Positions 13,201 through 26,630 are shown, numbered from the whole stretch's first letter. The stretch is DNA of 63,916 nt, filler included, from Intoshia linei (GCA_001642005.1; 5 parts of 5 records of this genome joined end to end with filler, not necessarily neighbours in it), one strand, 5' to 3'. Notes: generated from the sequence alone by a model not told the origin. Made by a program: numbers and translations.

Positions 13201-13401
13201 TTAAAAAAATTAATATGGAATATTCCCTTTAAAGTAAAAAGTATATAATATTGACCAGACAATATGACCCTATCTTCATGATCCTATGTCTAGTAAATGA
13301 TAAAATGTTACTTAAAGTACCTCATGTCAAATGCAGTCAATTTTAAAAATGTTCATTCAACATTCTTACATTTTTGTTGAATTTCATTAAATGAAATTTC
13401 C

Positions 13402-13562
13402 TTCTTGGCGCCCGATGGATTCGTTACATGATGTTTTAACTACTATAATTATATTTTTTACTTACTGTATTGTATTTAAACTAATTTAGGGGATTTTGGT
13501 GTGGCTTGCTTACTGACACCAGCTAATCCTAAAAGAACTGATATAAATGGAACTCCTTATTG
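13402..13562 (+). pseudogene. Isolated STE20/PAK-like kinase fragment (DFG to GTPYW exon)
   Basis: Exon 13490-13562 lies between AG and GTAAGT and encodes DFGVACLLTPANPKRTDINGTPYW. The upstream remnant FLAPDGFVT ends in TGA. No other kinase exons were seen nearby. Confidence 0.7.
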
Positions 13563-14915
13563 GTAAGTTAATTTGATAATTTTATATTTGTCAGCAGTGT
13601 CGAACTGTTGGTACCCAAAACCCTTATTGCTACGCAATTTTTAAATTTCAAATTTTCATTTCCAAAAAATTTTGTAAATTTTAATAAATTTATTATATGA
13701 TGAACATTGTAGAATATATTTTAAATTGAATATTCCCGAGACAAAATTCCCGGGTATTTAATTATTTCCGGGATTTCCAAAAAAAAATTGAGACATACCT
13801 GTATTTGATTTATGTTTGTTATTACTATGAAAATATGATTATATTATAATATTTAAAATTTACCATTTCAAAAATCCCACCACTAATAAAATTTAATCAA
13901 AAAAACCATTTCAAGCCCTCATGGAAAAATTGTCTTACACCGATATTATTTTTAATAATCCGATTTTACGAAATCTTATGAAAAAAATCTAATTTTTTAG
14001 CCCTTAATGGAACACTATCCTTAGTCCAATACTTTTTTTAAAAACCTCTTATTTTAACCACAAATTACTAACGCTTAAGGGAATTATCCTCTTTTTCTAA
14101 TATTATTTTGAAAAATATTATGAGTTGTTACGAACTGGAACGCTATTATCAAGATTGTTAAAATTAAAGGAGGCCATTATGACTGTTTAACCTACGTCAA
14201 CACAAAATAAAAGAAATTTCTCTACTGCTTGTAATTTCGTTACAAAACGTAGAACGCGTTTAAAATACGAATTTATCAATATTATGTGTTTTGAAACACT
14301 TTTTCAATAATCTAAAATAAATATATTTTTTTCTAATTAAATTTGTAAATTTCAATCTAGATTCGTGTTATTTCATTAATTACATTTCTTTTCGTTTCTA
14401 AAATTTTTAATGCTTCTGTATTATATATGTAGAAAATTTTTTTATTTTTCCGGAAAAAATTAAAAATTAAATTTCCGGGTTTTCGACTTTTGTCATTACC
14501 CGAGAAATCACAATCATTACATGTGACTGGTAATTTAGTAGAATTATAGGTAAATAGATGTATTGTGATGATGAGGAGACGTATTCATATTGAGGAACGA
14601 TTGTAAATTTCGTTTTTCTGTTACCAGATCGCCTACCCTCGTAAATTCGAAATTTTTTGTAATGATTCTTCTAAAATTTGTAATGTTAATGACACTATAA
14701 CCCACGGAATCCACATCTACCGTTATCAATTACAAGGATCCTTGCAAAGTTGTCAGAACACAATGTGATGTTTATTTACAAAAATAAATACAAACATTAA
14801 AATACTTTAAATTTCGTAGGTTTTATTTTTCAATATTTGACTATATATGTATTGATTTAATGAATTCTTAAAAATTGAAATTAATTATTTTCATTTATTA
14901 TTTAAAAATTTTCCA

Positions 14916-16720
14916 ATGCCCAAGTTAAAGTTAAAATATCAAGTCTTATCTAATATTTTAACAATTTTAGTATTGCCAAACGTTTACATCAAATTGCAAT
15001 TTGTCTTGCATGTTTTTTATCGAATAGTATTATATTTGGATATATCAATTGTTACGGTTTTGTATACAAATATATAATAAATTCGGGTACCAAAGAAAAC
15101 GGAAATATAGCTACAATGGCGTGTAATATTATTTTAACGATCAAGAAAATATTTTTTTAGCACTACTCGGATCTATAAAATTGTCGGTGCTATTTTTTTC
15201 TGGAATACTCTCAAATATAATTATTCAAAAAGTTGGATTTCCTAAAGCCACAATAATGGGAGTGTCACTATCTTTAGTTACTTTATTGTACAACTCTTAT
15301 TCTCCCAATATAACAGTTTTATTTTTAACATATGGTGTACTTCACTCTATTGGAAGTTCCTTATTATTTATTTCTTCGATATCTATACTATTTTATCATT
15401 TCAAAAGACGAATAGGATTAGCAAATGCCATTTCAACTTTAGGATCCCCAACAGCTACATTGATTTTTCCTTTTTTTTTTCACAATTATATTGAAAAATA
15501 TGGAATAAATTCTTATTTTGCTTTAGAAGGTATCATGTATTGTTTTTTGTTGCTCTGTGCACTGGTATGGACTGTAGATTCTAAAGAAAACACAATTTCA
15601 AATAACAAGGTTGAAGTAAAAGTAGAATTTAAAATAACTTCAAATACTGACAATCAAAATGAAATCATTAAACAATCAAAATGGACCGCATCCAAAGCAG
15701 CATACATTAAAATTTTTCGAAATCGAAAATATGTTGTTTGGCTTATATCAATGTTATTTGTATTTTTTTCTTATCCCATTCCGTACATTTTCACGGTAAA
15801 ATATTTATTCACATTACACGAATATGTTGTGCAATCAGAGCTCCCTATAATTTATGGTACAATTTTTTTTTAAAATATATTTCTGAACATTTTAACATTG
15901 GAGCAAAGAATCATTGAAAAATTACCAAAATACAAGGATCCACTTGTAAACATTATAAATGTATTAGTGTATATATCTTAGAAAAATTACCAGTTACAAA
16001 ATTTTTGACTCGTGTCCTGACAAGAAGCTTATAGGGGCACTGATATTAAATTTGATTTAAAAATTGTAATCTAAATCTAAAAAAAATAATTTTTTACATA
16101 TTTAGATAAAATATGCCAAATTAATGACAGTTAAAGTTAGACCAGAATTATTATTAAGTACAATTGGATTTGGTTCAATAGTTGGCAGATCCGTGTCAGG
16201 GTTTATTTCAGATTTGCAAATCTTTAATAGATTGATAATACAACAGGTTTCAATATTTTTGTATGGTTGCTGTTTTATACTTTACCCTATTTCAATTGAA
16301 TCATATTTTGTTTTAATTGTTTGTATTATCATTGGATTGTGTGACGGATGTATTATTTGCCTTTCTGCTCCCATATCACAATATATAGTTGGTATATTAT
16401 TAATGATTATAATTAATATAATATAGCAAATAATAATAATTCTTCACTTAGGTCCATCAAACGCAGAAAAAGCTATAAGTTGTTGCATATCTTTAATTTC
16501 AATTCCATTGTTCATTGGACCAATAATAGCCGGTGTAATAATAGATAAGACCGACAATTATAGCCTAGTTTATTATGTTTCATCGATATATCCATTTTTG
16601 GCGACAGGATTGTCCTTATTAACGTATACTAAAATTTTCAAAAACAAGGTAAGGATTTTTAATGTTAAGCAAAAATATTTTTAGATTACAAATACAAAAG
16701 TGTTGATAACCGCAAAATAG
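14916..16720 (+). CDS. MFS monocarboxylate/aromatic amino acid transporter, SLC16 family (MCT8/MCT10-like)
   Basis: ICLACFLSNSIIFGYINCYG, LFLTYGVLHSIG, HFKRRIGLANAISTLG, GRSVSGFISD, IGLCDG and IGPIIAGVIIDKTDNY across GT-AG introns. First exon approximate. Confidence 0.85.
15836..16042. mobile_element. MITE in an intron of the transporter gene
   Basis: Imperfect TIRs cagagctccctataa / ttataggggcactg. Confidence 0.45.
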
Positions 16721-16879
16721 ATTAAAATTTAAAATTTCAAGATGAAAAAATAACTAATTTTTAAATAATTATGACAATTTGATTCTAAAAATGTGCACAA
16801 TTATAATTGATACAGCATTTATTTGATAATTATATATTTATGATAATGATTTTCAAAACTATCACAATAATTTATGTTT

Positions 16880-17215
16880 AATAAAATTTTGCGACTTTGT
16901 TACTTTTAAAAAAAAAGTTCAAACGAAATTAAAAGAATATGACAATAAAAATATATTAAATTTCGATGAAACGGGCCTTTTTTATAAGTGCTCTTTGACT
17001 CGAACGTACAAAATATCAAAGGCCGATAAGGCCAGTGGAAAATTTGCCAAAAATATAATTACCATTTTATTTGCAGTTAATTTGTTATAGAAAAATTTAA
17101 ACCACTCATAATAGGAAAATCGAAAAACCCTAGATGTTTAAAAAATTTAATAGACAAAAGTTATCCGTATCTTATTATGCAAACCAAAAATCTTTGATGA
17201 CATTCCATATGTTTA
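16880..17215 (+). mobile_element. Degenerate pogo/Tigger transposase fragment
   Basis: NFDETGLFYK...ITILFAVN...KPLIIGKSKNPRC...YYANQKSLMT, with a stop and frameshifts. Confidence 0.8.
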
Positions 17216-17524
17216 ATTAATATTACATATTTGTTAATAAACATAATTGTATTCATATATTTATTATCGTTGTTTTAGTTTTGATCAAAACCAATTCGTG
17301 ACCAAGGTATTAAGATAAGGAATTTTGAATACCTTGAATATGATAAGGTATATATAATAATAAGAATATAATAAGGTAATTTCTTCAAATAAACATCAAT
17401 TACAAAAGTTTATGTTTAAGTCAAAATAAAATTGATTGAATTGAATTGTATTATCGTTAATAAGTGTGGATTTATCATTTTATAATTAAGTTTTTGTTAC
17501 CTTAAAACATCATCTATAATTTAT

Positions 17525-18753
17525 ATCAAAAATTATGGAGGCCACAAACAACTTAGAAAACAAAGATTTTTGGAAAAAGTGACGGTATTTTACAACTTTT
17601 ACAGTTGAGTATATTTTATTTAGAATTTATTTTCTTCTTATGGGACAATAATTATGGTTGATATTACTCACTGTTCTGTCTGCTGTTCAAATGCAAGCAA
17701 CGAGAAGAGGGTTGAGTAAACATTTAAATGTTAATGAAAAAAATACGGCTGGTAAATTTAAACATTTCATTTATTTTATACACATAAATTAGAATTACTT
17801 TCTAGCAAAAACAGTTTAATCACTAAAGCTATTATTCTGATGAATATACCCAATTTGGCAAATTTGGTTCCTCATATAAAGAATAATGTTGCTTTAGTTT
17901 TTACTAGTGGAGATGTCAAATCTGTTATCGACAAATGCACAGAAAATAAAGTAATTTTATAATATGCATTTATCAGTTTTTATGTAGGTCTCTGCAGCAG
18001 TAAAAGTGGGGTCCAAAGCTCCAATTGATGTTGTTCTGCCTAAACAAGCTACAACAATTTTTCCAAATCATACAGCTTTTTTTCAAAATCTCAGAGCAAA
18101 TACAAAAATTACTAAGGGATGTATTGAAATTATGGTAATTATCTTTCTTTATTTAAATATTAACACATTTTATAGGAAGATTTCAATATTATAAAGAAGG
18201 GTGCAAACGAAGTAGCTTTACTGAAAATGATGGATATTTGTCCTTTCAGTTATGGAATTGTTCCGATTAGTGGTGTGTTTTAATATTTTTTTTTTGTTTT
18301 TATATTTACAATTATTTTAGTTTACGATACGGGTTATGTATACGACCACAGTGTGTATTATGTTACCGAAGGTGTATGAAGCTAAGATTCAAAGTGTAAA
18401 ATTTAGATTTATTTGTATTTACAAGAAATTAGGGATTGAAAAACATTTGTGCACTTTCTTTGGCGATGGATCACCCTACAGCTGTTTTAGTACTTTACAG
18501 CATTGTTTCTGCGTTCAAAAATGTTTTGGCAGTTGCTCTTGAAACTGATATAGACATTAAAGAAGTAAAAGAGGTATTTCAATGTTAATTTTACATTTCA
18601 CTTTATATTCAGATTAAAGATTATTTGGATAACCCAGATAAATATGCGGTAGCTGCTCCTGTACAGGCCAAGGCAGTAGCAGAAGTAACAAAAACGGAAG
18701 TTGTTGTAGAAGAAGAGTCCGATGAAGATATGGGATTCGGCTTATTCGATTAA
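17525..18753 (+). pseudogene. RPLP0: 60S acidic ribosomal protein P0 (uL10) paralog, intron-containing, two frameshifts
   Basis: QMQATRRGL, LVPHIKNNVALVFT, FFQNLRANTKITKGCIEI, ICPFSYG and the C-terminus EESDEDMGFGLFD*. A 4-nt duplication near 17675 and a 2-nt loss near 18371 break the frame; no in-frame ATG was found. Confidence 0.8.
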
Positions 18754-19684
18754 CGTAAATATAATTTATTGTAATTCAATACAATTTTATATTTACTTTA
18801 CTTGTTACCTTTACCTTGATATGGACTGATATTTTATCAACTAAAGCGAGTATACGTTACTTTGCAGTAAATCTTCATTTTTGTTTGATTTCATCCGCAA
18901 TCTGCGAAAACAATTTATTTTTTTATGTAGATTAATGAATTATTATTATATGAATGAATCCTCAAAGACTTACAGCGACCACTGTAGGTTCAAAAAGACA
19001 ATGTTCGTTAATCAGGTCATTAAATGTTAAAACTTTAATTTGTTTGGTATCTATAAATGACTTGCAGAAATATTTTTAATCAATATTTTTTTATCTGATT
19101 ATTTTAACTATTAATATAAAAAACCAGATTGTTTCAAAATTTTGTCAATTCAATTCAAGTTAATGAACCGATGTGGCATCTTGCTCTCAATTATTAGTAT
19201 TTTTGAAATACGTATTCCATTATATTATATGATTGCATAAACAGATAGTGTAGATGGCATCAATGAATATATATTCAATCGGAGAAATCTAAATAATTCG
19301 ATTTTACCATATATTTGAAATTATACTTATTTCATAGAATGTTAATTATCATCTATCCATTAATATGTATATTAATAGACAGCGGTTATTAATTTATTAA
19401 TAGTATATTAACCCTTACGAGACTATGATGATTTTTAAAATTGAAAGTAAAATATTTCACTTTTGAAATGTTAAAAAACACTAAAATTTAAAGCTTAAAA
19501 TTCGTAAAGTGAACAACTTAAATTTGGCTAAGAATTAGCAATAAAATACATTTAATTTATGACACGTAATTACAATCACGTCGCGCTATTGTATTTCAAA
19601 TATAATTTATTTTATTGTTGACACAAAATGAACATTGATAATAAAATTAATTTTTACGCATATTACATGTTATTGTATGAGCAG

Positions 19685-19784
19685 NNNNNNNNNNNNNNNN
19701 NNNNNNNNNNNNNNNNNNNNNNNNNNNNTTAATTAATTAANNNNNNNNNNNNNNNNNNNNNNNNNNNNNNNNNNNNNNNNNNNN
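19685..19784. other. Assembly gap with an artificial TTAATTAATTAA spacer (also 23041-23140, 39056-39155, 61395-61494)
   Basis: The same 100-nt N-run / 12-mer / N-run pattern occurs four times; the 12-mer gives stops in all six frames. Confidence 0.95.
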
Positions 19785-20029
19785 ACAACAGTAATTTAGA
19801 AAAACATTAAATTGAAAAATATCGCATTTATATTTCACAGAACCCCAATTAAATTTCGCGGAACACGGGTTGAGAACCACTGCATTAGGGTATTTCCAAA
19901 ATCACAAAAACAAAAATTTATCAATATAAAACATAAGTTTTGATATAAAATTAACTTATTACCAAACCCTTTTGCTTGAATTTAAAAAAACCTCTCCGGG
20001 TCTCAATTTTATTCAAATATTTTACTATT

Positions 20030-20180
20030 ACTATACTTATATAATATGCTACGCAATATTTTTTGTGTGTGTTACCGTTTATTTCAATAACTACCAGTCT
20101 TAGAATTTTATAAAGTCCACATTTCAATTACAGTTTTTTCCAGGGGTGTTGGCAAAATAACGTTCAACCTCCCAACCTCA
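20030..20180 (+). mobile_element. Helitron 5' fragment
   Basis: ctatacttatataatatgctacgcaatattttttgtgtgtg..., matching the 5' ends of the 51186 and 54053 copies. Confidence 0.6.
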
Positions 20181-20396
20181 CATCGTATTCATTGCAAAAT
20201 ATAATGATCATTTATACTGCATCAAAAAAATCAAGTAAAATTATATTTACTAAGATTTCCTCATTTCACTCAATTTAAGTACTCAAATCATCGGTGAAAT
20301 ATATTAATTACGTAAATTAGTTATGTGCTAAGTGAGAACTTCTAATAAACGTGCACGCAGTTTAGTTGTTTATGTATACTACAAATAAAAAATTAC

Positions 20397-21934
20397 ATGA
20401 AGATCCGTATGAAATGGCACAAATCCTCCATTAAAGTATACATATTCAGATGGAGGTCTGAATCTTTGAATGTATTCAGAATTACTAAAACTTTATTAAA
20501 ATAAATAATTTATAACAAACGTAAATAGACATTAGACATAAATTACTGACCATACAAAATGTTACAAATACGGAGTGTTTGATCTCAACAGATCATTTAT
20601 GACCAAAACTGGTCACTTTGAGGTGTTTAATATATTATATTAGCACAATTACAAACAACATTATAACAGAGTCCAACAAAAAAAACAACTTTTTTTGAAT
20701 GCAAGAATCAAATTTAGTACACCTGGGATTATTATTAGAGATTATTATATTCTGGGATGGTTTTTAAATTCATAACGATTATCATAAATGATAACCTCAA
20801 AAAAGTAATTTTCATGATGAAAACCCAGATTACCCTTTTTTAAAAATTAAAAACAGTCTTAGAATTAAAAAAAAATTACAGATACAGTTATATCCTGTTA
20901 ACACAGACAAAAAAGTTAATCTGACAACGTTATGCCTTTAACGTCAAAAAATCACTTTAATATTCATTTTTTTTTATTTCAAAACTATTTTATTAAAACA
21001 AAAAAATTTTAAATAATTAACGGTCCCACAATTAAAAAAAAGAAAGATTATTCTGATACAGCTTATTGCAGTTAATATAAATACAAAATTTCAATCACAG
21101 AAATATAAGTTATTTTTATTAACGCGAGCACTAAAGAGTTAATGAAAGTTTTATTGAATTTATTTTTTTAGTAAAATTAATAAAGTTAGCCCTTGGTAGA
21201 GCTAGCTGCTGTTTATACAAACTACATAATAGTCAAGTTAGTTTTATATAAGTATAAGATATAACATTACTTTACGATACTTTGGGCAACGTTTGCGACA
21301 GGGTTGTTAGACAAATTTGTATTAATTTTTACATTGCCATTTCTATTTTCTACAAGTTTAGACATAACTTTTTTACAATCTATCATTTTTTTTTGTTTCT
21401 TGATTTCATTCGTTTTTGTGTTGTGTTTATCAAAATCCTTACAATGCAAATCACATTGTATTTTTTCATTTTTCATGGATGTGCAGACATTTTTATCATT
21501 TTTTTTAATATTGACACTGTTTGTTTTGGGTTTATTAAAATTATTTTCTTGTGTTAATTTTTTAGTAATTACGAAATCTTGCAACTAAATTATTATCATT
21601 AAATAATAAACATTATTTCAATTGTGACAATTTAATAACAAATCTTACATTTTTTTTTGGTTTTAAGGCGTCAATTTTCTTTTTAATCATATTTGGTTCA
21701 TATTCATACTTTAGTTGATATTCAGATAGTTGGGTTAAAGCTCTCACATTTTTTGAGGTCAGACCAGCCCTATGTTTTAAGGCATAATTCGTTTCTTTAT
21801 TTTTCTAAATATAAGAACAAATAAAATATGCAATACACAACAAATTCTCAAAAATTTACATTTTTATCAAATGAAGAAAAAATTTCTAATATACGAAAAC
21901 ATATGAAGCCAAAAATTTTTTTAATATAAATCAT
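20397..21934 (-). CDS. MDM1: MDM1-like centriolar microtubule-binding protein (partial model)
   Basis: Exons 21934-21860, 21804-21649, 21584-21271 and 20484-20397 splice in frame. ALKHRAGL...LSEYQLKY and VNNSEYIQRFRPPSEYVYFNGGF resemble, from memory, MDM1 LRKKAGL...SEYQRQF and VNSEYRAKFLSPAQYLYKAGAW. Confidence 0.6.
20750..21241 (+). mobile_element. Helitron 3' portion in an MDM1-like intron
   Basis: Shared internal blocks and the end ...gctgtttatacaaactacataatagtcaagTTAG|t. Confidence 0.65.
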
Positions 21935-23140
21935 TTTACAACTACATAATTCTCTCTATAACTCGCCATGTATGGAATTTCGAAAAAGTTAGCGATAGAA
22001 AATTTAAAATTATAAAAACAACAGATAAAACCTTTAAATCAATGGTTTTTAACTTTTTTTGACCTATTTACATCAAATATTGATCTTAATGACTGTGTAC
22101 CTCTGATTAAAAATCAATTAATACAATATTAATTATAAATGAAGTGTTGACTAGTTACTTAAATTAAACGGATAAAATTTAAGAATTAAGCTGATTTGGT
22201 CATAATAATGGTCGTGGAGAGCGAGCAGTAGGCCCGGGTTCGGTGGAAAGTGTAGACCACTCTAAAAATTTTTTTAAAAATGAAACTCTATACATTAATT
22301 AATCGATCGTTCATTATCTAAAAATTAAAAATGACCATTGGAAATCGCATTGATTATCAAAATTATGATATATTTAAGATATTTTTCATAAATACATATT
22401 AATAAATTAAAAATGAAAACGTGTCAACTATATCCACTAAAAGCTTTGTAAGTACTACCGCAATATCCAGTAGATATATTATTTATTTTTCATTGAAAAA
22501 TATCGGAAAATGTAGTAGCCCTGGTCATACCACCAAATTCATTAATCAAAAATAAACTATTCAAATATAATGTTAAAGACTCAGAAAATAGACGAATCAA
22601 GTAGTAGCGGAAAATTTTTACACAACAATTAAACAAATTTATTTACATAAATTTTAATAGGATCGTTATTGTTGCTTTGAAATGAGAAGTAAGCTAAATC
22701 TTCGCATTGTTTTTTATAGGCTCACTTGCATACCGGCACGGACATCTAATTTATTCCTTTTTTTTAATTTGTTAGAATAGAAAATCCAGTCTCACAAAAA
22801 TATGTTGTAACAAAAGTAATAATTACTTCAAGGGCAATTTCAGTCACAAATGAATAGATATTAAGCATACTACACCAAAAATCACCAAATATCACATTAC
22901 ACAAAACTATCATTAGCATATAAAATATATTTCCCAAAGGGTCACTAGAAAAATCAAGGGAATAAGTAAAATTTTTTTATTTGTGAGCCAAAGTAAATTA
23001 TAGAGCCCATAAAAAATTTTATATATATTTTAATGTATTANNNNNNNNNNNNNNNNNNNNNNNNNNNNNNNNNNNNNNNNNNNNTTAATTAATTAANNNN
23101 NNNNNNNNNNNNNNNNNNNNNNNNNNNNNNNNNNNNNNNN

Positions 23141-24156
23141 AACAAATTTACGTATGTTAAGATTTGCTTTTGAGATCATTTTCATTATTCCATCAAAGAT
23201 GTCTTATCCAGTGCAATTTTCTTTCATAGGTATTAATTTACAAAATTCTTCAACAATTTCAAATTTGTAATTTACGCCTCTGACAAAAACTGCAGCTTGG
23301 GCACTTTAATAAACTTTCCATCAGATACCGGTTTCATGCGTTAAGCAATCAATTTTGAAATAACATAACTGGCATTAGTATTATTTTTATCTGTACCATC
23401 CTATTCGTGAATAGGGTTACCAACATTAAGTTATTCTCAACTCGAATTATTAGCGAAGCCCAAAATTTGGCTGAAGCGCAGCGAAGCGTTTTTTTTGTGT
23501 CCTCTTTTACTTTGGGGTCTCTTTTTAAAAAAATAACAATTTACACATCTTATACATCAAATACAGTCGCTTATTCATCCAATATAAATAAAATATGTCT
23601 GATCTGATGATTTTGATTGAAATAATTAAATTACCCTGAGAAATATCACTTAACCCTGAACCTAGAGTTTAATTTGAAAAGCCGAAGTCTCATGGGGAAA
23701 ATAATGCAGTTGGCAACCCTATTCGTGAACAAATAAGCCAGTTTTTTTAAAACATTTTTTTAATTTATTGAATTCGTATAATCTCAAATTTCCATGAATT
23801 TTTTGAAATGTCGATTTATGTTTGCTTTCATAATGAAGCTTAATGTTATTCACTTTGATAACAGCAACATTTTCTTGGCAGATTACACAAACAGGTTTGT
23901 TGTAGTGCTCCATGAAATAATATTTTAATTCCCGTAATTTTTGGATAATTCTGCATTCAGAGTCCACTTTTCTCTTTTTTATTGTCTTGCCTATTTAAGA
24001 CAACAAAATATGTTACTATGTAAATTTTTAATCTCTTAATATTAATTTTAATTATAATGTACAACTTAGAATTTTAAATTAAAAAATAATTTTTATTATA
24101 AAAATTATTTCGGGACGGATCTAAACACCTCGCGGGCCGTATGTTGCCCATCCCTG
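23141..24156 (-). mobile_element. hAT transposon remnant (SPIN/GTF2IRD2-like)
   Basis: TIR cagggatgggcaacatacggcccgcg at 24156; zinc finger PVCVICQENVAVIKVNNIKLHYESKH; downstream KPVSDGKFIK and AVFVRGVNYKFEIVEEFCKLIPMK, with a stop and internal deletions. Confidence 0.8.
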
Positions 24157-24239
24157 TTATATGTAGTGCGATTCAACCATATTACGTTTCCCTTTAATTA
24201 CAATTTAATTGTTGGTTAAAATATACCAGAAACCTTTAT

Positions 24240-25711
24240 TTAATTTTTAAAAACCACATTTCAATTACAGTTTTTTTCAGGGATGTATAAGATAAATTTC
24301 AATCTCCCAATTTCACATCTTAAGAGTCAAAAACCCCTGTTGTCCCTCTTTTTCAAAATCAAACGAGTTGGAGAATTTAAAAAAATATATACGCTGATGC
24401 GGATTTTAAAATCATAAACATTATCATAAATTTAAATTTAAAAAAATTATATCTTCAGGGCCAAAACCACAAATTACCCTTCTTTTTTAATGAAAACAGC
24501 CCTAGAATTTCAAAAAATTTACAGGTGGTAGAGTTGTATCATGTTAACACACGTAAAAAAATTTCAATCCGAATAAGTGACGACTTCACGGTCAAAAAAG
24601 CATTTTAGTTCATATATTTTTTTCTGAAATATTTTATTAAAACAAAAAATGTGAATAATTTACAGGTCCGAAAATTAAAAAAAAAAATTATTCTGATAGA
24701 ACTTATTCCAGTTGATATAAATATTTTTTTTTTGAAATATTTTATTAAAACAAAAAATGTGAAATAATTAACGGTCCGTAAAAAAAGATTATTCTGATAG
24801 AGCTATTCCAGTTGATATAAATACAAAAGTTCAACTCGAGAAATCTGCGCATTCCCGATTAAAAATAATTTTTAATATATTATTAACCAATATTTTGATT
24901 AAAATAAAAATTTAAAATGTAAATATTTATCCTACAATTTCAAAAAAATGTGCATTGAACGTCTACACATTTCCAATAAAGAAATATGGGTGGAAATCTA
25001 TATAATTTATTCCTTCGAAATTTTTTATAATCTTCAAATTTTAACACTACAGCAACGAATTTATAAAATTAAATTTATATTAACTGAAACCTTATTTTTT
25101 TTATTGATAATTGTCAACAAATTTAACATAAAATGGTAATAAAAAATGTAACATTTACAAGAAAAAAGGCCAAAAGTATGGACAAATTTTTAACATCAAT
25201 TATTTTTATATTACAATCCTTTACAATAATGGTAAAATTCGACTGAAATATTTATAAAGTGAAAATTCAATTAATTATTTATACACAATTGGTATTATTA
25301 AGTATTTATTAAATTGATACTGAATATGTCATCACATTGAAAATGACAAAATATATTTTTATAATTTTATTTTTTTTGAAATTTATGCTATTTATGACAA
25401 TTTTTAGGATAGGACTGTTTTTAATTTATTTTTAATATTATACACACATTCTGTCTAATAAATTAAAAAGTTTTAACTTTATTTTTAATATTATACACAC
25501 ATTCTGTCTAATAAATTAAAAAAATGGGATAATAATTGTTTATAAATTATTTACGCAAATTTTAACAAAACAAAGGATTGATTATTATAATAGTTAATAG
25601 TAGAATTTTTAAGTTAGATTTTTAACGTGAATTTATTTTTATGGTATAATAAAAGAGTGCCCTCGGCAGAGCTAGGTGCTCTTTGTACGTAGTACAAAAC
25701 TGCCAAGCTAG
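24240..25711 (+). mobile_element. Helitron copy with internal tandem duplications
   Basis: 3' end tttgtac-gta-gtacaaa...caagCTAG|t; duplicated segments near 24610-24830 and 25415-25520. Confidence 0.75.
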
Positions 25712-26630
25712 TATAATTATAACGATTTATTTATGTCATATTTTGAATATAATTTTACTCTAGATAACCTTTTTGCTTTCAAAATTTTATCTGAAGATGA
25801 ATCTGAACTGAAAAAATGCATATACGATTTAAAGACAAAACTATTTACCTTAAAATTTATTTAAATTTTGTATAAATTAAAAATAGATGTAAATATGATT
25901 TAATTTTATGTATTTTAAATTGTTTTGTATTAAATTTTTTTATCTTCTTATATTTTCATTATACACATGTGTACATGTTGAGTTTTTATTTTACAAATAC
26001 GTAATGTAATGTATGTATATTTTTTTTAATTTGAAATTTGTTTACATTAAACATCAAACGAAAAATTATTTTACACTTAATAATTACCAAATTAAATATT
26101 CTCAAAGGTGGATATAGGAACATTTCCACTTTGAATAAGTTGTCTCAGTTACTTTATCGAGGTATTTTCTTGTAAACAATTTTATTCATTTGATTTTGAT
26201 AAGAATAAACCAACTAAGAGATTTTGGATAAAATACATTAAAATTGTACTATCAATTTGGTAGATTTATTGCTATATAAAATACTGCTGTATATAACTTT
26301 CTTACATTCCTGGCAGAGGCATATTGTATCACTGTTTATAAAAATACTCAAACATCGAAAATTGAATTTGTAGATACATAATTTTATTGGTAAAATCACG
26401 TATCGCTATTTTTTAATCTTTGGGTATATAGTAGTGTGAAAAAGAATCGCACCCCAACATTTTATTGATGTTTCGGTAAAAAAATAATTTCAGTCAACAT
26501 CAAGTTGATACATACAATGTATATACATTTCATATAATGTATATCATACATTCAAATTTGTATTTTTTCGCAAAAATAAAAAAAATGATCAGCACAAAAA
26601 AAAGAAAAATTAATTTTGTTCATTAAATAA

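Noticed and set aside
14544-14750. Minus-strand ILVIDNG resembling an actin-family N-terminus
   Set aside because: No start codon or acceptor and no further actin motifs; likely chance.
17671-18375. Programmed ribosomal frameshifting as an explanation for the RPLP0 frame breaks
   Set aside because: No slippery heptamer or downstream structure; a simple 4-nt duplication and 2-nt deletion explain both breaks.
19685-19784. Palindromic TTAATTAATTAA inside N-runs (four occurrences)
   Set aside because: Artificial scaffolding spacer with stops in all frames. ORFs that cross it (the tail of 38823-39107, and 39100-39345) are artefacts.
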